Assembly (NCBI GenBank): GCA_043750125.1
Contig: JAYVCD010000241.1
Location: 1 to 14,641 of the forward strand
Direction of reading: 5' to 3'
DNA from: Archangiaceae bacterium
Lineage (GTDB): Bacteria > Myxococcota > Myxococcia > Myxococcales > Myxococcaceae
Length of the DNA: 14,641 nucleotides
The translations under genes were made by a program, and so were the position numbers. Position 1 is the stretch's first letter, and every line of letters begins with the position of its first letter. This document shows, piece after piece, positions 13,409 to 14,641 of this stretch. The notes beneath the pieces were generated by a model. It had not been told where the DNA came from, ran no database searches, and worked only from the letters and a program-made list of their open reading frames with translations.

Positions 13409-14641
13409 TTGTGGAATCGATTTCTAGAACGCTACTGCACCGTCGACACCCGGACCCTCGGGCTGTTCCGAATCTACTTCGGGCTGCTGCTGCTCACGAA
13501 CTTGTGGGACCGCACGGGCGGGTTCGATCTGATCAGCTTCTACACCAATGAGGGAGTGCTCCCGAACCACTGGGCGCTGTTCCGTCCTCCGGCCACGGGG
13601 TACTGGAGCCTGATGCTCGGCTTCTCATCGCCGGGCGAAGTGCGCTGGGTGGTCGCGTTCATCGCGGTCGTCTATGGGCTGTACACCCTGGGCTGGAAGA
13701 CGCGGGTGATGCAGGTGTTGGCGCTGGTTTGCTACGCGAGCCTCAACCTGCGGTTCCTGCTGATTCAGCACGGCGGCAACGTGGTGATGAACATCGTGCT
13801 GGTGTGGACGGCGTTCCTGCCCCTGGGCGAGCGTTTCTCGGTCGACAGCGTCCTGCGGGCGCTGCGCGGGCCAGCTGAGCGCACCGCCGAAGCGCTCAAC
13901 GCGCGGGGGTGGTTGGCCTTTCTGCCCAGAGTGCACGTCGGGTTCGCCTACTTCGGAATCTGCCTGAACTTCGCGTTCATCTATTTCTTCAACACCCTCC
14001 ACAAGGGGGGCCCGGGGTGGATGGACGGCAGCGCGGTGCACTACGTGCTGTGGCAGAACCGAATGGCCACGGCGTTGGACGCGTTGGTTCGAATGCACGA
14101 GCCGTTCTGGCTCTCGCCGCTGCTGACCTGGGGAACCCTGTGGGCCGAAGGGTCGATGGTGTTGCTCATCTTGTCCCCGTGGAAACAGCGCTGGGCGCGG
14201 ACGATGGCCTTTCTCACCTGCTGGGGGCTGCACGGAGGAATCGCGACCCTCAGCACGCTGGGGCCCTTCAGCTACTCGATGATGGGGTTTGGAGTGTTGA
14301 TGCTGCAGGGGGCCGACTTCGACGTCGCCAGTCGGCAGCTGCGCCGGGTGATGCGAGAGCGGGTGGTGCGCTTCGACTTCGCCGACCCGCTGCAGCAGCT
14401 GGGGGCGCGGGTGCTGGCGCGAATGGATCTTCTCGGGCGGCTGACCTTCGAGAAGGGGCCGCAGTTCGAAGTTCGCGGGCCCGACGGAAAACCGATTCGC
14501 GGACTGCCCGCGTGGGCGCAAGCGACCGGCGCGCTGCCTCTGGGGGTGCTGGGATCCTGGGTTTTCCAGGTGCCCTTCTTCGCCGACCTCGCGCGCTGGG
14601 GGCTCACGTCGGTGGGCCGCTGGTACCTCGAGAAGGGCGAG
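13409..14641 (+). CDS. HTTM-domain membrane protein with a degenerate DCC1-like (DUF393) domain (partial, runs off the window; alternative start GTG 13358)
   Basis: Manual translation of a frame open from 13349 to the end: VDTRTLGLFRIYFG, FYTNEGVLP, LGWKTR, HGGNVV, FLPLGERFSVD, IYFFNTLHKGGPGWMDGSAVHY (HTTM pattern), then VVRFDFADPLQQLGARVLARMDLLGRLTF...PDGKPIRGLPAW (DCC1-like). Absent from the ORF track. Confidence 0.85.
   Translation, partial: MWNRFLERYCTVDTRTLGLFRIYFGLLLLTNLWDRTGGFDLISFYTNEGVLPNHWALFRPPATGYWSLMLGFSSPGEVRWVVAFIAVVYGLYTLGWKTRVMQVLALVCYASLNLRFLLIQHGGNVVMNIVLVWTAFLPLGERFSVDSVLRALRGPAERTAEALNARGWLAFLPRVHVGFAYFGICLNFAFIYFFNTLHKGGPGWMDGSAVHYVLWQNRMATALDALVRMHEPFWLSPLLTWGTLWAEGSMVLLILSPWKQRWARTMAFLTCWGLHGGIATLSTLGPFSYSMMGFGVLMLQGADFDVASRQLRRVMRERVVRFDFADPLQQLGARVLARMDLLGRLTFEKGPQFEVRGPDGKPIRGLPAWAQATGALPLGVLGSWVFQVPFFADLARWGLTSVGRWYLEKGE

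Overview
GC-rich, gene-dense bacterial window, very probably from a Myxococcota genome: it has two MYXO-CTERM-type anchored proteins, TIGR02996-like/FHA proteins and a REC+DUF4388-type regulator. From left to right: a partial secreted S1/P1-nuclease/Zn-phospholipase C-like gene (not in the ORF track); an orphan response regulator; a divergent cluster of a small MYXO-CTERM protein, two bPH_2 membrane proteins, exbB-exbD-tonB and a frameshifted, internally deleted DUF547-like gene; a MYXO-CTERM protein that looks like a GH44 glycoside hydrolase with its catalytic barrel removed; a YpfJ-type Zn metallopeptidase; a structured 214-bp convergent intergenic region; a minus-strand cluster of two FHA/TIGR02996-like genes, an ABC ATPase, an ABC permease and a membrane-anchored protein; a Uma2 endonuclease; and a partial HTTM protein fused to a Cys-less DCC1-like domain (also not in the ORF track). 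I saw no CRISPR array, tRNA, rRNA or transposase. All family calls come from motif recognition by eye and were not checked by database search.
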